A stretch of DNA of 64,000 nucleotides from Candidatus Spongiisociaceae bacterium (lineage in GTDB: Bacteria; Actinomycetota; Acidimicrobiia; Spongiisociales; Spongiisociaceae), in NCBI GenBank assembly GCA_965219685.1, contig CBDCOH010000002.1, positions 32,001-96,000 of the forward strand. The letters are read 5' to 3'. A program made the position numbers and the translations under genes. Of the stretch, positions 48,748-58,642 are shown piece by piece. The notes under the pieces are model-generated. The model was not told where the DNA came from. It ran no database searches and was given only the letters and a program-made list of their open reading frames with translations. Numbering within the stretch: position 1 is the stretch's first letter; every line of letters begins with the position of its first letter.

Positions 48748-49721
48748 GCGGGCGCGAGGCCCGAATGCGCGGCGCCGAGGCCCCGGCCCGCTCCGTGATC
48801 GTCCCGCTGGCCGTGGTGGGCGCGCTGCTGGTTCTCGGCGTGGTCGGCTGGCTGACCACCCCCGAGTTCGTCACCTACCGGAACTTCCAGAGCATCGTCC
48901 GGGCGGCCGCCCTCATCGGGATCGTGGCGGTGGCCATGACGCTCATCACGATCGCGGGCAGCTTCTTCTCCCTCTCCGTCTCGCAGACCGCGGCCATGTC
49001 GGCCATCTCCTTCGCGGCCTTCCTGAGCTGGGGGTTCCCGGTATGGGCCGCGCTCCTCGCCGTGATCCTGCTGGCTTCCGCGGTCGGCTTCGTGCAGGGC
49101 GGGGCGGTTGCCCTGGGCGGCAACCCCATCGTCGTGACCCTGGCCGTCGGGGCGGTCATTTTCGGGATGGTGGCCTGGCTCACCGACAACAAGACGGTCC
49201 GGACCGGAACCGACGCCGCCGAGTGGATCGGAACGTCACGGCCGCTGGAGATACCCACCCAGACCTGGGCCTTCATCGTCATCACCGTCGCTACCGGGAT
49301 CGTGCTGACCAGGACGAAGTTCGGGCGGGAGGTGACCCTCGTCGGCGCCAATCGCTCGGCCGCGACCACGGCCGGACTACGGCCGGGGCGGATCGCCGTC
49401 TACGTCTTCCTCGTGTCGTCGCTCGGAGCGGCCCTGGCCGGGATATTCACGGCGGCCCAGTTCAGCCAGGGCCGGCTCGACCACTTCGACGGGGTGGACA
49501 TCGACGCCATCGCGGCCATCCTGGTGGGAGGAGCGGCCATCCAGGGCGGGGAGGGTTCGGCGGTCCGCACCGCGATCGGGGCGGTGTTCATCGCCGCGCT
49601 GCAGAACCTGATGGTCCTGCGGGGGTTCAGCTTCGGGGTCAGGGTGTTCTTCGTGGGTCTGGCCATACTCGTCAGCGTGAGCGCCTTCACCCTCATCCGC
49701 AACCGGAGGCGGCTGGCGTGA
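48744..49721 (+). CDS. Sugar ABC transporter permease
   Basis: RbsC-like; TKFGR, DAIAAILVGG. Confidence 0.9.
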   Translation: MSGREARMRGAEAPARSVIVPLAVVGALLVLGVVGWLTTPEFVTYRNFQSIVRAAALIGIVAVAMTLITIAGSFFSLSVSQTAAMSAISFAAFLSWGFPVWAALLAVILLASAVGFVQGGAVALGGNPIVVTLAVGAVIFGMVAWLTDNKTVRTGTDAAEWIGTSRPLEIPTQTWAFIVITVATGIVLTRTKFGREVTLVGANRSAATTAGLRPGRIAVYVFLVSSLGAALAGIFTAAQFSQGRLDHFDGVDIDAIAAILVGGAAIQGGEGSAVRTAIGAVFIAALQNLMVLRGFSFGVRVFFVGLAILVSVSAFTLIRNRRRLA

Positions 49722-50719
49722 GGAGGCTCGCAGCCCGGGTGGAGACCATCGCGTGGGCACGGTTGGCCGTGTTCGTGGGGGTGTTCGCCGTCTTTGCCAT
49801 CGCAGACCGGCGCTTCGCGACACCCAACAACATCTTTACGATCTTCGAGGGTTTCGCCTGGCTGGGCCTCGCCGCCCTCGCGGTCGGATTGACCATCATC
49901 GCCGGCGAGCTCGATCTCTCGGTCGGCTCGGTTGCGGCCGTGGCGGGAATCGTCGCCGTCTCCATCGTCGAGGACATCGGTCTCGTCCCGGCGGTGGTGG
50001 TGACGGCCCTGCTCGGCATGGCCTACGGGGCCGTCCAGGGATACCTCATCCACCGGTTGAAGATCCACTCCCTCGTCTTCACCCTGGGAACCTTGATCGG
50101 ACTTCGGGGCCTGGCCTTCATGATCTCCGGGGAGAACACGGTGGTCATGAAGAATCTCGACATCGCCGACGCGGTGCGCAACCAGTTGTGGATATTCTCC
50201 CCGTTCAGCCTGGTGACAATCGTCGTATTCACCCTCGTGGGCCTGTTCCTCGTGTACACCCGCTACGGCCGCGAGATATTCGCGGTCGGTGGTGGGCGCC
50301 AGGAGGCGGCCGCGGCCGGCGTCCCGCTGGTGCGTCCCCTGGTGCTGACGTTCGCCCTGTCCGGTTCCATGGCGGCGCTCGCCGGGGCGCTCACGTCCAT
50401 CAAGTCGGGAAGCGCCGGTCCGGCCGCCTTCGAGCAGTTGCTGCTTCCGGCGGCCACCGCCGCGCTGATCGGCGGGGTGAGCCTGCTAGGCGGCAAGGGT
50501 TCGGTGATCGGGGTCGCGATCGGGACGTTGACGCTGCGGTTCATCACCAGCGGGCTGAGCCTGGGAGGGGCGCCCTTCTACGTGCTGACCCTGGCCACCG
50601 GGGCGGTCCTGATAGTGGTGGTGGTACTGGAGTTGGTGGTGGAGCGCCCCGTGGTGAGAGCCGCCCTGAGACGGAGGCGAGCCCGCCGCCGCGTCCGGCC
50701 CGGCGCGCAGGCGGGATGA
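49718..50719 (+). CDS. Sugar ABC transporter permease
   Basis: GELDLSVGS, TRYGR, AALIGGVSL.GGKGS. Confidence 0.9.
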   Translation: MRRLAARVETIAWARLAVFVGVFAVFAIADRRFATPNNIFTIFEGFAWLGLAALAVGLTIIAGELDLSVGSVAAVAGIVAVSIVEDIGLVPAVVVTALLGMAYGAVQGYLIHRLKIHSLVFTLGTLIGLRGLAFMISGENTVVMKNLDIADAVRNQLWIFSPFSLVTIVVFTLVGLFLVYTRYGREIFAVGGGRQEAAAAGVPLVRPLVLTFALSGSMAALAGALTSIKSGSAGPAAFEQLLLPAATAALIGGVSLLGGKGSVIGVAIGTLTLRFITSGLSLGGAPFYVLTLATGAVLIVVVVLELVVERPVVRAALRRRRARRRVRPGAQAG

Positions 50720-51480
50720 TCCACGACCTCGGGATCGCATCGGTCACCGGCCCGGTGCCGGACCGGGTGGTGGTGGACCCACAGGCCTTCGACGATCCCA
50801 GGGTGTCCATCTCGGTCGGCGTCCTGGGAGCGGGTGAGTCGACGGGTACGAGGACTTCGGGTCCGGGAAGGGAAGAGGTCTGGATCGTCCTGGATCCGGC
50901 GGTCGAGGCACTGGGAACCGGCCAGGCGGTGGTCGGCACCGGGCCCGGCGTGCTGGCCGGTTTCTCCGGGTCGGTCCACGGACTCGTCAACCGGGGCGAC
51001 GGCCCGGCACGGTACATCCGGATAGCCATGGGCGACGACCTGGATGGGGAGGCCCGTGAACCCGCCCGGGCGCAAGCCGAGTGGTCCCGCCTCGACCGCA
51101 CGCGGCTGGACGCCACCAATGCCCACGACGGTATGGGCCAGATCCGCTTCCGGCGGGTCTGGGACCAGGACCGGTTCGTCACGGGCTGGGGATTCGTGGA
51201 CCACGCTCTAGTGGGCCCCGGCACTTCCGTCGGCTACCACCGCCACGACACCGTCCAGGAGTGCTACCTGATCCTGGAGGGAACCGGCATCATGAAGGTG
51301 GACGGCGCCGTGTTCGAGGTGGGACCCGGCGCGTGCGTACCCAACCGCCTCGGCGGTTCGCACGGCCTCGTTGCCCATCTCGAAGCTGTCGAGTTCATCA
51401 ACGTAGCCCTGTACACGGAAGGCCGGTTCGACGTCACCGACCTCGGGGATGACCTCTCGGACTGCCTTGGTGAGTGGTGA
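50716..51480 (+). CDS. Cupin domain protein (bicupin-like)
   Basis: GYHRHDTVQECYLILEG, SHGL; ATGA overlap. Confidence 0.82.
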   Translation: MIHDLGIASVTGPVPDRVVVDPQAFDDPRVSISVGVLGAGESTGTRTSGPGREEVWIVLDPAVEALGTGQAVVGTGPGVLAGFSGSVHGLVNRGDGPARYIRIAMGDDLDGEAREPARAQAEWSRLDRTRLDATNAHDGMGQIRFRRVWDQDRFVTGWGFVDHALVGPGTSVGYHRHDTVQECYLILEGTGIMKVDGAVFEVGPGACVPNRLGGSHGLVAHLEAVEFINVALYTEGRFDVTDLGDDLSDCLGEW

Positions 51481-51554
51481 GTGGTGAGTGGTGAGTGGTG
51501 AATGGTGAGTGGTGAATGGTGAATGGTGAATGGTGAGTGGTGAATGGTGAATGG
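51468..51554. repeat. Heptamer tandem array (GGTGART)x12
   Basis: Directly visible; supplies GEW* end of the cupin gene. Confidence 0.95.
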
Positions 51555-51600
51555 CATTACAGTGGATCAGTTGGCATCTCTTTAGTGCTAACCGAGTTCC

Positions 51601-51633
51601 ACAGCCCACCGGGGGCCCCGTCGGGTGGGCTGT
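51601..51633. terminator. GC-rich hairpin, possible terminator of the sugar ABC operon
   Basis: ACAGCCCACC/GGTGGGCTGT perfect 10-bp arms; no U-tract. Confidence 0.4.
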
Positions 51634-51804
51634 TCACGTCGGGTGGGATGTTCACCCGGCCGCGGGGGTCGACGCCTGATCCTCTACGCTCCGGGGCCCG
51701 CTAGCCTCGACATAGGAGAGGTCGAACTGCAACCGTCCGACATCCAGAGTCGCCCACCGCGCTTCGGCGCCCGTGGGGAGCTAACACGGGATCCGGCCGC
51801 TCGC

Positions 51805-52471
51805 ATGGCCGGACGCCTCCTTCTGTTGACCGCACTGGCCACGGGCGTCATGGCGGTCGGACGCGTGGCCGCGGAAACGGATGTATCCAGCCTCGTGGAG
51901 TCTCTGGCGGTCATCGCGTCCGACCCGGGCCCTTACACGCTCAGCGGCGCGAGCCGCCTCGTCTCCGGGATCACCCTGTTCGGTGCGGCCTGGTACCTCT
52001 CCAGGGCGTTGATGACGAAGGGGAGCGTCCCCTGCACGGTCGGTGTCCATCGCCTTCGCCCTCTCGGGCGCGTTCACCGCCGCATCGGGAGCACTGGCCA
52101 TCGCCCTGGGAACGATGGCCTCAGACGTTGCACCGCTCGGCGTCGGGTCCCCGATGTACAGGCTGGCGGATACCATCTCCGATCTTCGGGGGATAAGCGG
52201 AGTCATCGGTTTTGCGCTGGCCGGTCTCGCCGTGGTCCTCGCCGTTCCTCTCGCCCGGCGGGCGGGCGGAAGGGTCCGACTCGCCGCTCTCTTCACCGGG
52301 GGCATCGGGGTCGCCATGCAGTTCATCTGGATCGACTCGGCAACCGTGGTCCACCGGGTGGTCGGGGCTGCATTCCTGGTCTGGCTGGTGGCGGTGGGCA
52401 CGTTGCTCGCCACCGGTCGCCTTGGCGAAGTGCTGCCCCGGTCCGGCGACGACGAGCGGATCCTGCCGTGA
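51805..52471 (+). pseudogene. Membrane protein gene interrupted by a frameshift near 52025-52045
   Basis: Hydrophobic helices continue from the 51805 frame into the 52043 frame (+1). Confidence 0.55.
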
Positions 52472-52499
52472 TCGAGAATACGGGCATCGGAGTGGCTGG

Positions 52500-52859
52500 A
52501 TGAGGGTGGTGGGCATCTACAACGCCGACGGCGGGCTGTCGGGTGAGCTCCGGTATGCCTTCGACAAGGTCACGGGGCGGAGCGACTGCGGTCTATGTGA
52601 CCTGACCCACGGGTGGAACGCCTTCGGCAAGCGGTCGTGGCGCGAAGCCTGCCGGGCGAGTCCTGTCCCCATCGAGTTGATCCACCGGGACGAAGCCACC
52701 GAGTCGCAACTCACCGCAGCCGGGAACCTACCCGCCGTGCTGGTGGGGGAGGAGGGAGACTGGCGACTGGCTGCCGACAGGGTCCTGATCAGTTCCCTAC
52801 GCAAGGATCCGGCCGCCCTCCTGGACCATCTCGAGGAACGGATCAAGATCGACGGCTAG
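52500..52859 (+). CDS. Hypothetical protein with CxxC motif
   Basis: GIYNADGG..GEL...CGLCDLTHG...HRDE. Confidence 0.75.
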   Translation: MRVVGIYNADGGLSGELRYAFDKVTGRSDCGLCDLTHGWNAFGKRSWREACRASPVPIELIHRDEATESQLTAAGNLPAVLVGEEGDWRLAADRVLISSLRKDPAALLDHLEERIKIDG

Positions 52860-52961
52860 CAAGCGGCCGCATCCCGAACCGAGCGACCGGCGCCGGCGCG
52901 CGGTCGATCACAGGTCCGCCTCGGGCCCCCAGGAGTTTTATACGCCGGATCCGATCCGGCT

Positions 52962-53627
52962 TCAAGCCCCCTGTGCCGGGTCTCCGGATGTCCACTCTCG
53001 GGCCTGTTCGAGCAGTTCGATCACCTCCTGGTCGGGTGTCGGCCGGAAATCGGCGTAGAACAATCCGATGGCGGCGAAACGGCGCGGGGTGGAGGCGGCT
53101 ACGAACTTGTCGGCTGCGTCAGCGAAGAGACCGGGAGCGTCACGGGGCGCCACGGGGGCGGCCATCACGATCCGGGCGGCGCCGAGGCGGCGGGCGATCG
53201 GGCAGGCGGCCAGGGCGGTGGATCCGGTGGCGATCCCGTCATCGACGATCACGGCGGTCCGGCCGTCGAGATCGGCAGCCGGGCGCCCTCGGCGGAACAA
53301 CTCGGCTTGGCGGGCCATCTCCTCGCGTTCCGCGCGCTCGACGCGCTCGACTTGGGCGGCGCTTACCCCCAGGCGCCGTACCCGGCCGGTGTCGAGGATC
53401 CTCACGCCGCCCTCACCGATGGCGCCCATCGCCAGTTCAGGCTGGAACGGTACTCCGAGCTTGCGGACCAGGAGCACCTCCAGCGGCGCGCCCAGGGCCC
53501 TGGCGACTTCGAAGCCCACCGGGACCCCACCCCTCGGGAGGCCCAGCACGACGCAGGACTCGTTCCGGAGGTGGCCGAGCAGCCGGGCCAGCTTGCGCCC
53601 GGCGTGGGACCGGTTCACGAATCGCAT
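52962..53627 (-). CDS. Phosphoribosyltransferase family protein
   Basis: LGLPRGGVPVG, VRKLG, IVDDGIATGST. Confidence 0.92.
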   Translation of the reverse strand: MRFVNRSHAGRKLARLLGHLRNESCVVLGLPRGGVPVGFEVARALGAPLEVLLVRKLGVPFQPELAMGAIGEGGVRILDTGRVRRLGVSAAQVERVERAEREEMARQAELFRRGRPAADLDGRTAVIVDDGIATGSTALAACPIARRLGAARIVMAAPVAPRDAPGLFADAADKFVAASTPRRFAAIGLFYADFRPTPDQEVIELLEQAREWTSGDPAQGA

Positions 53628-53740
53628 CGCCTGCCCTCCCTTCCGGGCCGATTGTGCCAGGTGTCGCAGCCTCCGGGGTGCCACGCGGCGCTCCGTCCGG
53701 CCACATTGAATTGAAGGTGACGAGTGGTTACGGTGGCCGG

Positions 53741-54763
53741 ATGCCTCACCTTCTCATCGCACAAGCACTGGCCGACGCGTGCGGCGCCGACTCCGGAGCC
53801 GTCTGCAGCCTCATCTTCGACCTGACCGGGAGCCCCAACGCAGCCCGTATCGCCGAGTTCGCGGCCCGCCCGATCAAAGCGCTGATAATCCTGGTCGTGG
53901 CGTGGGTCGTCAACCGGATGGTCCGCCGGTGGGTCGATCACATGGTGGAGGGCTGGCTGGAGCGACGCTCCGAGGCGGAGGAGGAAGCGCGCCAGAAGTC
54001 GGAGGAGGCGTCGGACCGGCTGGACGACCTGCGTGAAGCAGCCCTGCGCAGGGCACGGCTCCTCGTCGACCAGCAGGAGAGGAGCGGCCAGCGCACCAGG
54101 ACCCTCGGAGCCGTCCTGCGGTCGATAGCTTCATTCGCTATCTACGGCATTGCGGTCATGATGGCCCTCGCCGAGTTCGACGTGAACCTCGGACCCCTGA
54201 TCGCGGGTGCCGGCATCGTCGGGGTTGCGATCGGCTTCGGTTCCCAGAGCCTGGTCAAGGACTTCCTGTCGGGGGTGTTCATGCTCATCGAGGATCAGTA
54301 CGGGGTCGGCGATGTAGTGGATGTCGGCGACACGGTGGGCGTGGTCGAGGAGGTCAAGCTCCGCAGTACCCAGATCCGGGACATCAACGGGACCCTATGG
54401 CACATACCCAACGGGTCGATCCGGCGCGTTGCCAACATGTCCCAGGATTGGGGTCGCGTGGTGCTGGATGTCGAGGTTGCGTACGACACGGACATCAGCG
54501 CCGCAACAGCCGTTATCAAGAGTGTGGCCGATGGGGTGTGGGAGGAACAGATGCCCAGCGCCACCATCATCGAGGAACCGACGATCCTCGGCGTGCAGAA
54601 CTTCGGGGAGAGTTCCGTTTCCATCAGGCTGATGGCGAAGACGGAACCGGCCGAGCATTGGGCGACCGCGCGGGAACTGCGCGCCCGGCTCAAGGTGGCG
54701 CTCGACGAGGCCGGGATCGACATACCTTTCCCGCAGCGCACCGTGTGGCTCAAATCGAAGTAG
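53741..54763 (+). CDS. Small-conductance mechanosensitive channel (MscS family)
   Basis: AGAGIVGVAIGFGSQSLVKDFLSG, EDQYGVGD, IPNG, IPFPQR; TTGAAT-N17-TACGGT just upstream. Confidence 0.93.
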   Translation: MPHLLIAQALADACGADSGAVCSLIFDLTGSPNAARIAEFAARPIKALIILVVAWVVNRMVRRWVDHMVEGWLERRSEAEEEARQKSEEASDRLDDLREAALRRARLLVDQQERSGQRTRTLGAVLRSIASFAIYGIAVMMALAEFDVNLGPLIAGAGIVGVAIGFGSQSLVKDFLSGVFMLIEDQYGVGDVVDVGDTVGVVEEVKLRSTQIRDINGTLWHIPNGSIRRVANMSQDWGRVVLDVEVAYDTDISAATAVIKSVADGVWEEQMPSATIIEEPTILGVQNFGESSVSIRLMAKTEPAEHWATARELRARLKVALDEAGIDIPFPQRTVWLKSK

Positions 54764-54860
54764 CCCAGCCGCGAGTGGCATTCCGGAACGGCAGATGGCG
54801 GCGGATCGGGGTAAGGTTCCGTTTCGTAGGGGCCGGGTCCCGGCATCGTAGAGGGGTGGA

Positions 54861-55715
54861 ATGAAACGAGTTCTGGCGGCGGTCGACCTGGGTCCGCTGT
54901 CACGGCGTGTCGCTGATCGGGCGCGGCTACTGGCGGAGGATCACGGGGCCGAGCTACGCCTCGTGCACGTCTGGGAACCGCCCGAGGTGCAGCTTCCCGA
55001 GGAGATGCTCGAGCGCGTCTACCTCTACCACCAGAGCCAGGCTGAAGACCTGCTGACCTGGATCAATGCCCGTGCCCGTTGCCCGGTGGAACTGGACATA
55101 CGTACCGGCAACATGGCCTACGACCTCACCAGGATGTCCCACGGTGCCGACCTGGTCGTGACCGGGACCTCGTCGGTCGACCAGACCCGGATCGGCCCCC
55201 GGACCACCAGGTTGGCCCGCAAGGTTCACTCATCGGTCTTGAGCGTGCGGAGAAGGTTGTGCACCCCCTACCGGCGGGCATTGGCGGCCGTCGATCTGTC
55301 CGATGCCAGCGCATCGGCGGTCGATCTGGCTCTGACCTTGACCAACGAGGCTGAGCCCGTGACCGCGGTCGCTTCCCTGCCCTCCCATGATGAGATGATC
55401 CTCTCGGATGCCGGCGTCCAGCCGGAGCAACTCGACGGGGTGAGGCGGCAGCGGCTCTCGATGCTCGAGGAGCGACTGGAGAAGTTCGTCGCGGGATGGG
55501 GAGGCCTGGTCACGTCACGGGTGCTCGACGGACCGCCGGCCGAGACCGTGGCCGAGTTCGCCCGCCGCCGGAATGCCGACCTGGTCGTGGTAGCCAGCCG
55601 CGGCGCCGGCAATTCCAACATGGTCCTGCTCGGGAGCATCGCCGAAGCCACGATGTCCACCGTTCCCTGCGACGTGGCGGTAGCCCGGGTACCGGGCCGC
55701 TTCCGCCGACCGTGA
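54861..55715 (+). CDS. Universal stress protein (two USP domains)
   Basis: VLAAVD, DLVVVASRG....LLGSIAE...PCDV. Confidence 0.9.
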   Translation: MKRVLAAVDLGPLSRRVADRARLLAEDHGAELRLVHVWEPPEVQLPEEMLERVYLYHQSQAEDLLTWINARARCPVELDIRTGNMAYDLTRMSHGADLVVTGTSSVDQTRIGPRTTRLARKVHSSVLSVRRRLCTPYRRALAAVDLSDASASAVDLALTLTNEAEPVTAVASLPSHDEMILSDAGVQPEQLDGVRRQRLSMLEERLEKFVAGWGGLVTSRVLDGPPAETVAEFARRRNADLVVVASRGAGNSNMVLLGSIAEATMSTVPCDVAVARVPGRFRRP

Positions 55716-55755
55716 ATGGTGAGTGGTGAGTGGTGAGTGGTGAGTGGTGAATGGT
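55712..55755. repeat. Heptamer array (GGTGART)x6
   Basis: Begins at the TGA of the USP gene. Confidence 0.92.
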
Positions 55756-55766
55756 GGTAGATAATC

Positions 55767-55800
55767 ACGCCTAACGCCTAACGCCTAACAGCTAACACCT
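55767..55800. repeat. Heptamer array (ACGCCTA)x3 ACAGCTA ACACCT
   Basis: On the minus strand it encodes VLAVRR* of the methyltransferase. Confidence 0.85.
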
Positions 55801-56593
55801 CGCCGTGGAGGAAGGCCCAAAAGGCGTCCGGCTGGTCGGTCCAGCGCCGGAAAGCGGCCGAAATCTCTGCTAGTTCGGCCCGCGTAGCAAGTCCGTTCCT
55901 GGTCGCATGGTCGGCGAAGTCACTGTCGACGACTCTCACTTCCCACAGGCCTCCCCAGGCCACGCGTTCCTCGACCGTGGCATAGGTCGTGGTCCTCGTG
56001 GTCACTATCGGATCCTTGAATCCCGCCCTGAGCACCCATGAGAGCACAAAGCGCCCCGCATCGGCTTCGCCCCCGTTGGCAGCGGTGACCTTGTGGTAGA
56101 GGTTTAACCAGTGATTGAGGATCGGATCGGTGGGAGCGTGCACCATCGTGCCGTAGTCGGCGTCCCGGACCGCAAGAAGTCCTCCGGACTTGAGCACCCG
56201 GCGGGCTTCCCGCAAGGCCCGGACCGGGTTGGCCAGGTGCTGGAGCAACTGGTGGGCGTAGACCACGTCGAAGTAGCCGTCACTCCAGGGAAGGTCGTAA
56301 GCAGAGCCCAGCACGAATGCCGCATTGTCGATCCCCTGATCCTTCACCAGGCGACGGCTTCGCTCGACCATCTTCTCCGAGGCGTCCAAGCCGATCACCC
56401 GCCCCACCCGGCGGGCCAGGCCGGCAGTGATCGTCCCGGGCCCCGATCCCATGTCGAGCACTACTGCGTCGGAGGGCAGGTGGGGGAGCAGGAAGGCTGC
56501 GCACTCCTCGGCCGTGCGCAGGGCATAGCTGCCGACTATGGCCTGGTGGTACCCGTGCGTGTAGCGCTCGCCCTCCGGCCGCTCGGTAGTCAT
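55778..56593 (-). CDS. Class I SAM-dependent methyltransferase
   Basis: LDMGSGPG, FDVVYAHQLLQH, RVLKSGG. Confidence 0.92.
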   Translation of the reverse strand: MTTERPEGERYTHGYHQAIVGSYALRTAEECAAFLLPHLPSDAVVLDMGSGPGTITAGLARRVGRVIGLDASEKMVERSRRLVKDQGIDNAAFVLGSAYDLPWSDGYFDVVYAHQLLQHLANPVRALREARRVLKSGGLLAVRDADYGTMVHAPTDPILNHWLNLYHKVTAANGGEADAGRFVLSWVLRAGFKDPIVTTRTTTYATVEERVAWGGLWEVRVVDSDFADHATRNGLATRAELAEISAAFRRWTDQPDAFWAFLHGEVLAVRR

Positions 56594-57159
56594 CGCCCGT
56601 GCCTACCCGCGCCGTCCGGCTGTTCCCCGCCGCCAGGACGGTGACCCAGCCGTTTCAGGCGAGCCACGTCGGCGAATAACTTGGGCAGGAGCACCCGCGG
56701 GACGCGGTGTCCATGGACGATCACCGCTGCCGCGATCCCGGCGAGCATGATCATGAGTCCCACCTCGGTCTCGTAGGCCAGTGTTCTCAGGAACCAGCCG
56801 TATGCGATTCCTTGCAGGAGCATTCCCGATGCAGCACTCCGGGCGAAGAGGAGCAACCCGGCGAACGCGAACTCGGCCACGAGCCAGGCCGCCGGCGTGT
56901 AGCCACCCGCAACGAGACCTACGATCAGGCCGAGCCCGACCATGGCGTCGATCGGGGCGTCCCAGGTTCCCAAGCGGGTCATTCCCGGTGCGCGGCGGGC
57001 GAGAATGCCGTCGAAGGTGTCCGTGGCCCACCCGAACACCAGCATGGCCGCCGCCAGCCCCAGCCGGCCGGCGGCCAGGACAAAGATCAGTGACACAGCT
57101 ACCGCTAGCCGCACCAGTGTCAGCGTGTCCGCGGCGCGAGCAACTGCGAGCATCGCCAT
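56590..57159 (-). CDS. CDP-alcohol phosphatidyltransferase family protein
   Basis: TDTFDGILARR...G..WDAPID. Confidence 0.85.
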   Translation of the reverse strand: MAMLAVARAADTLTLVRLAVAVSLIFVLAAGRLGLAAAMLVFGWATDTFDGILARRAPGMTRLGTWDAPIDAMVGLGLIVGLVAGGYTPAAWLVAEFAFAGLLLFARSAASGMLLQGIAYGWFLRTLAYETEVGLMIMLAGIAAAVIVHGHRVPRVLLPKLFADVARLKRLGHRPGGGEQPDGAGRHGR

Positions 57160-57238
57160 CCTCCGCCTCCGGATACCGTCTCGCTTACCGTGGATTCAAT
57201 TATCCTATAGATCCACCCGCCGGCATAACCGCCGGTAC

Positions 57239-57312
57239 GGGCCCGTAGCTCAAGTGGTCAGAGCAGCGGACTCATAATCCGTTGGTTGCAGGTTCGAGTC
57301 CTGCCGGGCCCA
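57239..57312 (+). tRNA. tRNA-Ile2 (anticodon CAU, lysidine type; may be auto-called Met)
   Basis: GGGCCCG/CGGGCCC acceptor stem, GCGGA-CTCATAA-TCCGT anticodon arm, GGTTCGAGTCC T arm; GACTCATAATC context typical of Ile2; ends A-CAA, no encoded CCA. Confidence 0.93.
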
Positions 57313-57375
57313 CAACGTTTCTGTTGGTTGCGTGCTGTTTCGGAACCAAGCGCAGGGCTGGGTGCGGGCGGATCT

Positions 57376-57866
57376 GTGTACGAAACAGCGGCACGGGCCA
57401 ACGAGATCCTGGCTCTTAACGTCGAGGACCTCGACCTTGCAGCGCGTGGGGCTGTGGTCAGGGGAAAGGGCGGCGATCGCCAAGAAGTGGTGTGGGCGTC
57501 GGGAACCGCCCGCCTCCTACCCCGCTATCTGGGCGGCCGCGGTCGGGGGCCGGTGTTTGTCACCCTCCGCCGACCCAACATCGCACCCGCCCTGGCCGAC
57601 TTGTGTCCGGACACGGGCCGGGGGCGGCTGTCGTATCAGCAGGCTTGGAAACTGTTCAACCGGTCCTCAGGCTGGACTTTGCACCAGTTGCGCCACTCAG
57701 CCCTCACGCACCTCGGCGAGGCGGGGGTGGGGCACCCCTGTTGAAAGCGAAGAGTCGGCATCGGAGCCTGCGCAGCCTGGACCGGTACGTGAGGCCGGGA
57801 GTGGAGGCGGTAGGAGCCCTGACCGCCGGACACGACCCTGGGCGGCGCTACTCGGAGCAGGGTTGA
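57376..57866 (+). pseudogene. Tyrosine recombinase C-terminal fragment (5'-truncated, frameshifted)
   Basis: YETAARANEILALNVEDLD, GKG, LHQLRHS; continues in another frame as PLLKAKSRH...LDRY. Confidence 0.85.
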
Positions 57867-58072
57867 GAGCAGGCGGGTTGCTTACCACGAGGGTTAGCCG
57901 CCGGTTCGGCTAGGTGGCAGCCGGATGCAGACGACGGACCGCCGTGTTGGAACCCTAGAGCACGCCGACGTTCCTATTCTTCCGGCACGAAGGAGCGCTG
58001 TGAATCTAACCCGCTGTACTGTGTGAAGTCTGTTCACTTGGATCCTGAACTGGATGTTGGTAGGTAAACGCC

Positions 58073-58642
58073 ATGACACGAAGTCACAGAACCCAGAAGA
58101 TAGATATTCACACACGGAAGGTTCGGGGTCCTTTCCGCCGTTTGTACGGCGTGCCCGAGCGACGAATCCCCCGGGAGAAGCATGTTCCGGCTGGCCGGTC
58201 ACTCCACTTAGTCGACATCGAGAACCTGATGGGCGGACCGCGGGCCGGGCCGGCGGCGCTGCTGAGGGCGGTGTCCGATTACAAGGAGGCCGCGCCGGTG
58301 GCTGTCGGTGACCATGTCGTCGTAGGAACGAACCCCAAGCTTGGTGTCCTTGCTCACGCTTCCTGGCCGTCAGCGCGGCTGGTCGTCAGGGGTGGCCCCA
58401 ACGGCGCCGACATCGCGCTTCTCGCAGAGGTGAAGAACGAGCACTGGATCGCTGCCCGGTACGACCGGATCGTTGTCGGCTCAGGTGACGGCGTTTTCGC
58501 GGCGGTAGCCACGACGTTCAGGCGCCATGGTCTGGCTGTAGGCGTGGTCTCCCGTGAGCAGAGCCTGTCGTATGTGCTCAGCCGGGCCGCCACGTTTGTC
58601 CGGATCCTTCCTGATCATGCCCCAACAAAGGAGGCCGCATGA
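58073..58642 (+). CDS. NYN (PIN-like, LabA/DUF88) domain protein
   Basis: LVDIENL, GADIALL, GSGDGVF acidic motifs; start uncertain. Confidence 0.8.
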   Translation: MTRSHRTQKIDIHTRKVRGPFRRLYGVPERRIPREKHVPAGRSLHLVDIENLMGGPRAGPAALLRAVSDYKEAAPVAVGDHVVVGTNPKLGVLAHASWPSARLVVRGGPNGADIALLAEVKNEHWIAARYDRIVVGSGDGVFAAVATTFRRHGLAVGVVSREQSLSYVLSRAATFVRILPDHAPTKEAA